Positions 1 through 8,677 of a stretch of 64,000 bases of DNA are shown one piece after another; position 1 is the stretch's first letter, and the number at the start of each line of letters is the position of its first letter. Both the position numbers and the translations under genes were made by a program. Source of the stretch: Candidatus Adlerbacteria bacterium (GTDB lineage: Bacteria; Patescibacteriota; Minisyncoccia; Phycocordibacterales; SBAW01); contig JBAXLB010000001.1 in NCBI GenBank assembly GCA_037135035.1, forward strand, positions 94,465 to 158,464, written 5' to 3'. The notes under the pieces are model-generated. The model worked only from the letters and a program-made list of their open reading frames with translations, did not search any database and was not told the DNA's origin.

Positions 1-129
1 CGTGGACCACACTTTTTACATCAAACCATTATTAAAACTTTAATCACTTTATCTAATTACAAAATTACTATGTTTACCTGACTCGACAAAAAACAGAATA
101 TCCGACTCATACTCCGTCTTAGCGGCAGT

Positions 130-1113
130 TTGGTGCTTGGCACCTTGTTTTTGCTTTCGGCTGTTTCTGTATCGACGGGTAATCACAGCAACACAATTTC
201 AATATTTGACTCGCATATTGCACATGCGGACGGAGACGGAGGAGGTGGCGATGGTGGTGGAGACGGCGGAGGAGGTGATGGCGGCGGCGGAGCGGGGGAT
301 GGCTCTGGAGACGGAGCGGGTGCTGGCGCATCTGCTGGAGATGATGGCGGAGCGGGGGGTACGGGTAATGACGCTGGTTGCTGCGGCCCAGGTGAAGGTG
401 AAGACAGTCCTTCTGTCGACACACCTACAGTTGATACTCCTACAGTAACAGTTGCTGAAGCTTCTCCCTCGCCTACTCAAGGTGACACTGGCGGCGGGAC
501 ACCCCCACCAGTAATCCCACCTTCTCCTGTGTGTCCAAACGGAACTTCCGGTACATATCCAAATTGTACGACTCCGCCGGGCGTCTGTCCTCCGGGGACA
601 ACAGGGACCTACCCAAACTGTACAACTCCGCCGGGCGTATGCCCACCGGGCACCACAGGCACGTATCCAAACTGTACGACCCCTCCCGGCGTCTGTCCTC
701 CTGGTACAACCGGTACCTACCCTAACTGTGTAGTACCTCCGGGTGTTTGCCCTCCTGGCAGCACGGGCACATACCCTAACTGCATAGTGCCGCCAGGTGG
801 TGGGGGCGGAGGTGGGGGAGGTAGCAGCACATTTGCGTACAACTACAACTATGGATACGCATCTGCTTACTACGCACAAGCACAAACCAACCCATACGTC
901 ACCCTTTCCGCAGTGCCATACACTGGCCTCGACTTGGGTACCGCTGCAGAAATTGCGTACTGGATGTTTTTGGCACTATGGGCAGTCTTTGCCGCATACT
1001 TGATGTTTGTAAAGCGCGTGCAAAATTCATTCGCTAATAAATTTAAAGTATTTCTCTTCGGTGAGCCGTCTACGGAAGACAGCTTCCTTATCTCGCAAAT
1101 ATTCCGTTCATAA
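130..1113 (+). CDS. Repeat-rich secreted/cell-surface protein. N-terminal hydrophobic signal, Gly/Asp low-complexity region, five 18-aa CPPGTTGTYPNCTTPPGV repeats, Tyr-rich segment, C-terminal TM anchor.
   Basis: ORF translation shows a signal-like N-terminus (MVLGTLFLLSAVSVSTG), D/G runs, five near-identical 18-aa Cys-containing repeats and a C-terminal hydrophobic helix (WMFLALWAVFAAYLMFV). No homolog recognised. Confidence 0.5.
   Translation: MVLGTLFLLSAVSVSTGNHSNTISIFDSHIAHADGDGGGGDGGGDGGGGDGGGGAGDGSGDGAGAGASAGDDGGAGGTGNDAGCCGPGEGEDSPSVDTPTVDTPTVTVAEASPSPTQGDTGGGTPPPVIPPSPVCPNGTSGTYPNCTTPPGVCPPGTTGTYPNCTTPPGVCPPGTTGTYPNCTTPPGVCPPGTTGTYPNCVVPPGVCPPGSTGTYPNCIVPPGGGGGGGGGSSTFAYNYNYGYASAYYAQAQTNPYVTLSAVPYTGLDLGTAAEIAYWMFLALWAVFAAYLMFVKRVQNSFANKFKVFLFGEPSTEDSFLISQIFRS
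532..801 (+). repeat. Tandem 54-bp coding repeat, 5 copies, encoding CPPGTTGTYPNCTTPPGV units.
   Basis: Direct reading of DNA: tgtcc(a/t)cc(g)gg.acaac.gg.ac.ta.cc.aa.tgtac.ac.cc.cc.ggcgt. recurring at a 54-nt period. Confidence 0.75.
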
Positions 1114-1150
1114 ACAAAAAACTCCCCGGATATCCGGGGAGTTTTTTGTT

Positions 1151-2362
1151 TTAGGCTCTATTTTTTATTTCTCCCTGTAACTTTGAAATTATTTCTTCAA
1201 TTGAAAGCGCACCGATTTTTCCGGCATCGCGGCTTTCGAGTGTTGCAGTGCCTGCGGCAACTTCTGCATCACCAATAACAAGCGTGTAAGGAACTTTTTC
1301 GACTTTTGCTTGGCGGATTTTTTTGCCAAGCGACTCGTTCGACATATCCATGTCTGTGCGAACTCCTGCAGCTTTTAATGCCGCACGTGTTTTTTCTGCA
1401 AATTCAAAATGCGCTTCGCCAATTGGCAGCACCCGTGCTTGCACCGGCGAAAGCCAGGTAGGGAAGTTGCCGTCATAGTGTTCAATAAGTATTGCCGAGC
1501 AGCGCTCGAGTGAGCCTGCGATAGCAGCGTGAATCATCACGATGCGCTCTTTCTCGCCTTGTTCGTTTATGCACGTAAGATCAAAGCGTTCGGGTATATT
1601 CATGTCGAGCTGTATGGTTGCGACTTGCCACTCGCGGCCTGCAGCATTTGCTGCCATAAAGTCGAGTTTAGGGCCGTATAGTGCTGCTTCGCCAGGGCCT
1701 TCAAACGTGTCAGCGCCACGCTCCTGCGCGAGACTTCGTAGTTCGCCTTCTGCTTTATCCCAAATTGCAGGAGTGCCCAAATATTTTTCAGGTGCTTGCA
1801 TGTCGCGGAACGAAAGCCGCACGCGCAATGTAAAGCCAAATTGTTTATAAAACGTATCGACGATATCCCAAATTTTTAGAAACTCTTCGCGTACTTGGCT
1901 TGAGCGACAGAACACGTGTGCGTCGTCTTGGGTAATAGAAAGTACGCGTGTCAGACCGCCAAGTTCACCCGACTGTTCGTCGCGATAGACCATCGTTGTT
2001 TCGGCATACCGCTGCGGCATCTGGCGGTATGAATGCGGGTGACGGTTAAAAATCTGCGTGTGGTGCGGGCAGTTCATCGGCTTCATCGCATATTCGCGAC
2101 CCTCACGCGCGGTGATTTTAAACAAATCTTCGGCAAATTTTTCCCAGTGCCCGGATGTTTCGTACAGCTCACGTTTGGTGATGTGGGGGATAGTTACCTT
2201 TTCATATCCGCGGGCTTCGCGCATTTCCCAGATAAACTTGTCTATTTCATTTCTAAAAATTGTACCCTTTGGTGTCCACAGTGGGAGCCCTGAACCCACA
2301 AGGTCCGAAAACGTAAACAAATCCATTTCTTTACCGATAACTCGGTGGTCGCGTTCTTCCAT
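1151..2362 (-). CDS. thrS: Threonyl-tRNA synthetase, catalytic plus anticodon-binding domains only (403 aa, no N-terminal TGS/editing domains).
   Basis: Class II aaRS motifs and a ThrRS-specific N-terminus (HRVIGKEMDLF, MKPMNCPHH zinc-site region, C-terminal anticodon-binding domain). Length is about two thirds of canonical bacterial ThrRS. Confidence 0.85.
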   Translation of the reverse strand: MEERDHRVIGKEMDLFTFSDLVGSGLPLWTPKGTIFRNEIDKFIWEMREARGYEKVTIPHITKRELYETSGHWEKFAEDLFKITAREGREYAMKPMNCPHHTQIFNRHPHSYRQMPQRYAETTMVYRDEQSGELGGLTRVLSITQDDAHVFCRSSQVREEFLKIWDIVDTFYKQFGFTLRVRLSFRDMQAPEKYLGTPAIWDKAEGELRSLAQERGADTFEGPGEAALYGPKLDFMAANAAGREWQVATIQLDMNIPERFDLTCINEQGEKERIVMIHAAIAGSLERCSAILIEHYDGNFPTWLSPVQARVLPIGEAHFEFAEKTRAALKAAGVRTDMDMSNESLGKKIRQAKVEKVPYTLVIGDAEVAAGTATLESRDAGKIGALSIEEIISKLQGEIKNRA

Positions 2363-2558
2363 ATAATTTATATTGTTTGTTAATTAAAAACGCCCTAGTG
2401 AAGACACGATTTCTCGTGTGCTCACCAGGACGATCTTGCTGTGACCGCGGTTCCACCTAGTTTCTCTGTATTGCTACAGAGCACTCATGTTCGGATTAGG
2501 CGTGTGCTCCCACGTGGGACTTCGGTTGGTGGCCGAAGCAATTTCCGATACGTATATA

Positions 2559-5500
2559 CTACAGAGCTTTCATTGCTTCGGCAACCATGGAAAGTTCGCC
2601 GTTGCGGTTAGAGACGCGGCCTTTCATGGCAACACAGGTTTCTGGTTTTAACATGTCTTTGTGGGTGGCGTAGTCTTTAGGGAATACAACCGCTTCAATA
2701 GAGCCGTCAAAGTCGGCGAGTTTGATAAACGCCATCTGGTCGCCGCCGCGAGTAAGTATCATGCGAACGTCTTCTATCATGCCGGCGGCAACAGCGGTCA
2801 TGCCGGGCATGATGCGCTGCTTCATCTGGCCTATTGTCATGGGGCGTTTGAGCAGTTTTTCGCGATATTTGTCGAGCGGGTGGCCGGAAATGTAGAGGCC
2901 GAGCAATTCTTTTTCCCACGCAAGGCGAGTTTCGGCAGTTGCGACAGGTGCGTCTGGAAGCTTTATTTCGCTCGATGCACCTGCGTCTGCAAACAAAGAG
3001 TCTTGGCTTTGTTCCGCTCCTGCGTCGCGGTGGTATTGCAGCAACAACTCAAGCGAGGCGAGCATTTGTCCGCGCTCACCAAGCGAGTCGAGTGCGCCGC
3101 ATTCTATTAAAGACTCCAAGCCTCGTTTGTTTAAACTTGTTTTGCCCACGCGCGTGAGGAACGTTGAAAGCGACGTGAACGGTCCGTTTTCTTTCCGCTC
3201 GGCAAGTATGGCGTCGGCAACACCTGCACCAAAGTTTTTTATTGAGTAGAGTCCGAAACGGATGGAGTCTCTGGGAGTTCGCGACACACTCTCTGCGTCG
3301 GTCTTCGGCTCCGCAACCGAGTATGTCGCTCCCTCTGCAAGTATCGCGGTAAAGTCGCCGAAGCTTTCATTAATGTCGGGCGGCAATACAGCCACGCCCA
3401 TGCGTTTACATTCGGCAACCATCACAGAAATAGTATCCAAGTCGCCCGACTCTGCCGTAAGCACTGCGGCCATATACAGTGCAGGGAAGTTGGCTTTCAT
3501 GTACGCAGTTTGGTACGCAACTTTGCCGTAACTTGCAGCGTGTGCTTTACCAAAGCCGTACGCGGCAAAGGGTTCAATAAGTAACCACAATTTTTCTGCC
3601 AACCCGGGGGTTAGTTTGCCAAATTCGACAAAGCCCTTAATTAACTTTTCTTTTTCGGCTTTCATTACTTCGGGAATTTTTTTACCCATGGCTTTGCGCA
3701 ACACGTCGGCCTGCAGCCACGAATAACCAGCGAGCTTTATCGACGTCATCAGCACGTCGTCTTGGTACACAAGTAGGCCGTTGGAAAATTCCAAATATTC
3801 TTTCATGCGTGGGTCCAGGTAGTGCACCAGGTGTGGTTGGTGTTTGCGTTCAATATACTGGGGGATAGTTTCCATCGGTCCCGGGCGGAACAGTGCAACC
3901 ATCGCATTGATGTCGTGTATGGTCGAAGGTTTCAATTCTTTCAAATACCGCGTCATGCCAGTGCCGTTTAGTTGGAAGGTGCCTTCAGTCTCGCCGCGGG
4001 CAAGCATGTCGAATGTTTTTTTGTCGTCGATAGGAACATTTTCAATATCAATTTTTGTCCCGGTGGCTTGCTCTACCAAGGCAACTGCGTGCGCCAAAAT
4101 TGCCAAGTTGCGGATACCAAGGAAGTCGAACTTCAAAAGCCCAGCATCTTCGACCGAATGCATGTCGTACTGGGTAATTATTTTGCCGCCCTTGGGGTCT
4201 TTTTGGAGTGGCGAATATTCTACAAGCGGCTGGGGCGATATAACTACACCCGCTGCGTGTACAGAAATGTGTCGGGCGCTGCCTTCCAGTTTTTTGCCAA
4301 GATCAATTATTTCTTTTGCGTCTTCATCTTCCTTATATATTTTTGCGAGTTCGGGGTTTTCTGCAAGCGCACGCTCGAGTGTCATGGGGAAGCCTTGGCT
4401 CCCAAAAGGAATTTCTTTTGAAATACGGTCGCCCAGGCCGTAGGGGTAGCCAAGCGCGCGTGCTACGTCGCGCACAACGCCGCGAGCCAACATGGTGCCG
4501 AACGTACCAATTTGTGCCACATGGTCCTGGCCATATTTCCGGCGTGCATATTCTATGACCTCGTCGCGCCGGTTGTCGGCGTAGTCCATGTCGATGTCGG
4601 GGGCTGAAGGGCGTTCCGGGTTTAGAAAGCGCTCGAAGGGGAGTTTGTATGCGAGCGGGTCGACGTTGGTAATGCCCAGTGCGTAGGTAACCATCGAACC
4701 TGCGACCGAACCGCGGATGGTTGTCAAAATCCCGTTGGTACGTGCAAAGTTTAACAGGTCGGCCACCACCAAAAAGTATGGCGAATATCCTTTGGTACAA
4801 ATAATCCCGTACTCATATTCAATACGTTCGCGCACGGTGGCGCTTTCGTGCAGGCCGCGGCGCACCAACCCTTCTTCCATAAGGCGGCGGAGTTCGCTGT
4901 CGTAGGTGGTGCCTGCAGGAATAGGGAAGTCGGGGAACACCCACGAGCCAAGTTTTAATTCGACATTACACCTGTCGGCAATTGTGACTGTTTGTGCAAG
5001 TTGTTCTGGCGTAAATTGCTCTTTCATTTCGGCGGCGGTAGGGAAATGGAAGTCCTCTTCTTCTAAACGGGCATTGTCTGTGCCGTCGCTGTGGGCAATT
5101 TTACGCAAGGTCTCCCACGCGCGACGGTCTTCAGGGCGTACATAAAATATCTCGCGCAACGCAACGTCGGTATATAAATTTTTCTCTCCAAAAATTTCGC
5201 GCAGTGTGGGGTCGCTTTGGCTGCTTGTTGCAATAGCGATAACCCCAGCGCTGCGTGCGCGCAGTACGTCGTAGCTGACAGCTATAGCTCCCGCATTTTC
5301 TTTAAAATAAGAGTCTGTTACTGTGGCGAGCAGGTTTTTGTAACCTTCATTATTTTCGGCAAGCAACACCACACGACCGCCAGTTTCGAGTGCAATGTCC
5401 ACGCCAACAATTGGTTTAATCCCTGCATCTTTACATTCTTTTATAAACTCAATGGCCCCGTACATGTTGCCCAAGTCCGTAAGAGCAATTGCTTCGCACC

Positions 5501-5597
5501 CCTGCGCTTTTGCCGCAGCAACCAACTCGGGCAACTTGGGCAGTGCGCCCAGCAGCGAGTAGTGCGAATGGACATGGAGATGAACAAATTTCTGCAT
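2559..5597 (-). CDS. dnaE: DNA polymerase III alpha subunit. Start moved to MQKFVHLHVHS inside the listed ORF.
   Basis: PHP domain at N-terminus (HLHVHSHYSLLGA), polymerase core and OB-fold region. 1013 aa from the internal ATG at 5597. Confidence 0.9.
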   Translation of the reverse strand: MQKFVHLHVHSHYSLLGALPKLPELVAAAKAQGCEAIALTDLGNMYGAIEFIKECKDAGIKPIVGVDIALETGGRVVLLAENNEGYKNLLATVTDSYFKENAGAIAVSYDVLRARSAGVIAIATSSQSDPTLREIFGEKNLYTDVALREIFYVRPEDRRAWETLRKIAHSDGTDNARLEEEDFHFPTAAEMKEQFTPEQLAQTVTIADRCNVELKLGSWVFPDFPIPAGTTYDSELRRLMEEGLVRRGLHESATVRERIEYEYGIICTKGYSPYFLVVADLLNFARTNGILTTIRGSVAGSMVTYALGITNVDPLAYKLPFERFLNPERPSAPDIDMDYADNRRDEVIEYARRKYGQDHVAQIGTFGTMLARGVVRDVARALGYPYGLGDRISKEIPFGSQGFPMTLERALAENPELAKIYKEDEDAKEIIDLGKKLEGSARHISVHAAGVVISPQPLVEYSPLQKDPKGGKIITQYDMHSVEDAGLLKFDFLGIRNLAILAHAVALVEQATGTKIDIENVPIDDKKTFDMLARGETEGTFQLNGTGMTRYLKELKPSTIHDINAMVALFRPGPMETIPQYIERKHQPHLVHYLDPRMKEYLEFSNGLLVYQDDVLMTSIKLAGYSWLQADVLRKAMGKKIPEVMKAEKEKLIKGFVEFGKLTPGLAEKLWLLIEPFAAYGFGKAHAASYGKVAYQTAYMKANFPALYMAAVLTAESGDLDTISVMVAECKRMGVAVLPPDINESFGDFTAILAEGATYSVAEPKTDAESVSRTPRDSIRFGLYSIKNFGAGVADAILAERKENGPFTSLSTFLTRVGKTSLNKRGLESLIECGALDSLGERGQMLASLELLLQYHRDAGAEQSQDSLFADAGASSEIKLPDAPVATAETRLAWEKELLGLYISGHPLDKYREKLLKRPMTIGQMKQRIMPGMTAVAAGMIEDVRMILTRGGDQMAFIKLADFDGSIEAVVFPKDYATHKDMLKPETCVAMKGRVSNRNGELSMVAEAMKAL

Positions 5598-5656
5598 AAT
5601 TACAGCTAGTATACTGCGGCGGTACTCTCTTCCGCCAACTGCGTTAGAATGTTGCA

Positions 5657-6235
5657 ATGCAAAGAATAGTAGTTGGAGTCGACGAGGCCGGCCGTGGACC
5701 ATTGGCCGGGCCGGTTGCGGTGGGGGTAGTTGCTGTGCCGAAGAATTTTAATATCAAAAAAGCATTTCCGGGAGTTGGAGATTCAAAAAAACTTACCGAA
5801 AAAAAGCGGGAAGAAATTTATAAACAGGCTCTTATATATAGAAGGGCGGGGAAGATCAATTTTTGCGTGAAATTTGGTAGTGCAAAAGCAATAGATACTA
5901 GCGGCATTACAAAAACTGTTAGGCGGGGAGTATGGAGTGGAATAAAAAAACTTGCGCCGAAAGCGGCGGGTGTGAAGGTTTTGTTAGACGGCTTGCTGCA
6001 TGCGCCGCCCGAATATGCGCAAGAGACAATAATTAGAGGTGACGCGAGCGAGCCAGTTATTTCTTTGGCATCTATTGTTGCAAAAGTTTCGCGCGACAGG
6101 TTGATGTGCAAGTTGGCAAAGGAGTTTCCAAACTACGGCTTTGAGGTTCATAAAGGGTACGGGACAAAAGCCCATCAGCACGCAATAGAAAGGTTTGGAG
6201 TGTCAGAGGTTCACCGTAAGACCTTTTGTCACTAA
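5657..6235 (+). CDS. rnhB: Ribonuclease HII.
   Basis: N-terminal VGVDEAGRGPLAGPV motif typical of RNase HII, ~190 aa. Confidence 0.85.
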   Translation: MQRIVVGVDEAGRGPLAGPVAVGVVAVPKNFNIKKAFPGVGDSKKLTEKKREEIYKQALIYRRAGKINFCVKFGSAKAIDTSGITKTVRRGVWSGIKKLAPKAAGVKVLLDGLLHAPPEYAQETIIRGDASEPVISLASIVAKVSRDRLMCKLAKEFPNYGFEVHKGYGTKAHQHAIERFGVSEVHRKTFCH

Positions 6236-6312
6236 AGCCCCTGTCGGGTATAACTCGAGTAATCCACGCCTAGCACCTTGTCTTTTTAGGCTCTTTTTGG
6301 TATGGTTCGGGC

Positions 6313-6546
6313 ATGGTAGTGAGGATGAGACACACGAGGGCGCATACGGCAAACCGCCGTTCGCACCACGCGCTTAAGGCGCAAACGCTCGCAAAATGCG
6401 AGTGCGGTGCAACGCGTGTGTCACACCGCGCATGTCCTACATGTGGCCGCTATCGCGGACGCGTCGTTGTCGATGTTGCTGCAAAAGCACAGGCAAAGGC
6501 AGTACGCAAAGCAAAAGCTGGAAGCAAGAGCGAGGCAGGCAAGTAA
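6313..6546 (+). CDS. rpmF: 50S ribosomal protein L32 with zinc ribbon.
   Basis: RRSHHAL motif plus CxC...CxxC (CECG...CPTCG) typical of L32; small basic protein. Start could be at the internal ATG at 6325. Confidence 0.75.
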   Translation: MVVRMRHTRAHTANRRSHHALKAQTLAKCECGATRVSHRACPTCGRYRGRVVVDVAAKAQAKAVRKAKAGSKSEAGK

Positions 6547-6612
6547 CTCCCCGGTTGGCTCTTGGGTCTACAGACTACTTAAGGTTCGGCAGCAACGCAG
6601 TTCTTTTTTACA

Positions 6613-7518
6613 ATGGCGAATAGACACCTCTCACGATCAGTAGTTCTCCAGACTCTCTTCGAGTGGGACTTTCGTGATTGTAAAAACGATCTTATCGAAG
6701 ATGCGCTTGCGCGTAACGCGGGCGAATTTGCTCCGGCTGCGGGCGACCTTCCATTTATGGAAGACTTGCTCCGTGGCACAGTTGCGCGCAAAACCGACCT
6801 CGACTTAGTGATAGAAAAAGCCGCACCCGAGTGGCCCTTGGACCGTATCGCACTTGTCGACAGAAATGTTCTGCGCCTTGGGCTGTACGAACTTTTGTTT
6901 GCCGACCGCGAAAAGGTGCCGGCAAAAGTTGCTATAAACGAAGCCATTGAACTTGCCAAAAACTTCGGCGGCGAAAACAGCGGGCGCTTTGTTAACGGCG
7001 TGCTCGGCGCTGTGTATAAAGAACTGGGCGAACCTGGCAAAGACGAGGTCTCTAAAAAAAGAAAAGATGTCCCGTATGAAGAACTGCCCGTCCAACATTT
7101 GGGTGGTGCCGTTGTGTATGCAAAACACGCAGGCGACATTTATTTGGCGCTGGTGCACGACATCTTTGGCCACTGGACCTTGTCGAAAGGTAAAATCGGC
7201 GACAACCCAGAAATAGCAAACGAGACTATTGAAGAGGGTACGATGCGTGAAATTAAAGAAGAAATTGGTCTGAGCATTGAGATAAAAGAAAAAATTGGCG
7301 AAAACGAATATGTTGCGAGCGACCCTAAGGTGGGTAAAAAGCGCAAACACGTAACGTACTTTTTGGCCGAGTCGCCGTACAAAGAATTACAGCTCGAACA
7401 AAAGGGTGGGCTCGACGATGCAAAATGGTTCCGCATGCAAGATGCGCTCGAACTCAATTTTTATGACGACATGCTCCCCATTGTGACAGTCGCAATACAG
7501 AAATTAACTAAAAAATAA
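6613..7518 (+). CDS. nusB: NusB transcription antitermination factor fused to a C-terminal Nudix hydrolase domain (301 aa).
   Basis: Residues 1-145 match NusB (ALVDRNVLRLGLYELLF...AINEAIELAK). Residues ~165-301 carry a Nudix box (E-x7-REIKEEIGL). Confidence 0.8.
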   Translation: MANRHLSRSVVLQTLFEWDFRDCKNDLIEDALARNAGEFAPAAGDLPFMEDLLRGTVARKTDLDLVIEKAAPEWPLDRIALVDRNVLRLGLYELLFADREKVPAKVAINEAIELAKNFGGENSGRFVNGVLGAVYKELGEPGKDEVSKKRKDVPYEELPVQHLGGAVVYAKHAGDIYLALVHDIFGHWTLSKGKIGDNPEIANETIEEGTMREIKEEIGLSIEIKEKIGENEYVASDPKVGKKRKHVTYFLAESPYKELQLEQKGGLDDAKWFRMQDALELNFYDDMLPIVTVAIQKLTKK

Positions 7519-7523
7519 ACCGC

Positions 7524-8216
7524 ATGGAAAAAGACTTCGGGTCGTTTGAAGAAAAAATAGGTCTCACATTTAACGACTCCAACCTTCTGCGGCAGGCGTT
7601 TACCCACCGTTCGTATATAAACGAGCACCGGGGCGAAGTGCATGGCCACAACGAGCGTTTGGAATTTTTGGGCGACGCCGTACTCGAACTTATTTCGACG
7701 CACTTTTTGTATGAAAAATACGCCGACCGTAATGAAGGTGACCTAACCGCGTACCGCGCGGCGCTTGTAAACGCTATTACGCTTTCCGAAGTTGCATCAG
7801 CAATTGGAATGAACGACTATTTACTACTTTCAAAAGGTGAAGCAAAAGACAACGGCCGTGCACGACAGATGCTTTTGGCAAATGCGTTTGAAGCAGTTGT
7901 GGGGGCAATTTACTTGGACCTTGGATACGACTCTGCCAAACAATTTATTTCCGAACACCTCTTTCCAAAAATTGACGAGATTGTAAAGCAGCGTTTGTGG
8001 CAAGATGCAAAGTCTGGGCTGCAGGAAAAAGTGCAGGAACACGAAGGCTCAACCCCGTACTACAGCGTTGTTAAAGAAACAGGCCCCGACCACGACAAGC
8101 ATTTTATTGTTGGCGTATACGTTAAGGACACGCTGATGGCACAAGGCGAAGGCAAGTCAAAACAGGAAGCCGAGCAGTCCGCAGCCCGCGCCGCACTTGA
8201 AACAAAGGGGTGGTAA
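7524..8216 (+). CDS. rnc: Ribonuclease III.
   Basis: RNase III signature ERLEFLGDAVLEL and C-terminal dsRBD; 230 aa. Confidence 0.9.
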   Translation: MEKDFGSFEEKIGLTFNDSNLLRQAFTHRSYINEHRGEVHGHNERLEFLGDAVLELISTHFLYEKYADRNEGDLTAYRAALVNAITLSEVASAIGMNDYLLLSKGEAKDNGRARQMLLANAFEAVVGAIYLDLGYDSAKQFISEHLFPKIDEIVKQRLWQDAKSGLQEKVQEHEGSTPYYSVVKETGPDHDKHFIVGVYVKDTLMAQGEGKSKQEAEQSAARAALETKGW

Positions 8217-8224
8217 TACAAAAT

Positions 8225-8480
8225 AAATCCTGAGTATATAAAGAAGGATGGCCGCCAGGTGTGACTGGCGGCCGAGTTCGGTAGCGTGCTAACGAGAACA
8301 AATATAGTGGAGGGGCTTCTGTTGCGAGGTGCCCCTCCGAGCGACCCCGCGTGGCGCTTTTTAGGCGCTCGCACCGTCAGGAGGATTATCCTTGACAGTT
8401 GTGTATGGTGTCCTGATGGTCGAGTAAACGACCGCGTGACGTTATTACTGTGCACGTCGATCCTGTTTCGCCCCCATACG
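8225..8480 (-). ncRNA. Candidate structured small RNA in a GC-rich 460-bp intergenic region. The minus-strand transcript would start with GGGGGCGAAACAGGAUCGACG (resembles the tmRNA 5' end) and end at GC hairpins followed by U-rich tracts.
   Basis: No credible ORF on either strand. Several perfect GC stems (GGCCGCCAG-N6-CUGGCGGCC at ~8237-8260; GGAGGGGC-N14-GCCCCUCC at ~8313-8342). A canonical tmRNA T-arm/acceptor 3' end was not found, so the identity is unresolved. Confidence 0.25.
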
Positions 8481-8636
8481 CCCACGGGTAGAAAGAACGA
8501 GGGGTGGGTTAATGGTGGAGGCGCCGGGTACTGCCCCCCCGGGTCCGCAACACCTATTCTACGCCAACTCCTGACACCACTTATACATATACCAAAGATA
8601 TTTTTTACGTCAACTGCTACAACAATTTAATTTATA

Positions 8637-8668
8637 GAAAAGAAAACCCCAGCCTGGAATGGCTGGGG
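8637..8668 (-). terminator. Rho-independent terminator for the 8678..9868 gene.
   Basis: Minus-strand CCCCAGCC-auucca-GGCUGGGG followed by UUUUCUUUUC. Confidence 0.7.
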
Positions 8669-8677
8669 GTAGTGGGT

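Noticed and set aside
183-885. Long antisense and alternative-frame ORFs (183..422 -, 199..885 -, 137..448 +) overlapping the repeat protein gene
   Set aside because: They lie in a low-complexity GC-rich repeat region, so all frames stay open by chance. Their translations are Pro/Ser/Arg-rich noise.
8220-8640. RNase P RNA, SRP RNA or complete tmRNA in the GC-rich intergenic region
   Set aside because: I looked for the P4 GGAAAGUCCGGGC motif, the SRP domain IV motif and a tmRNA T-arm/acceptor 3' end on both strands and found none. Only a tmRNA-like 5' 20-mer is present, so it is reported as an unclassified candidate RNA at low confidence.
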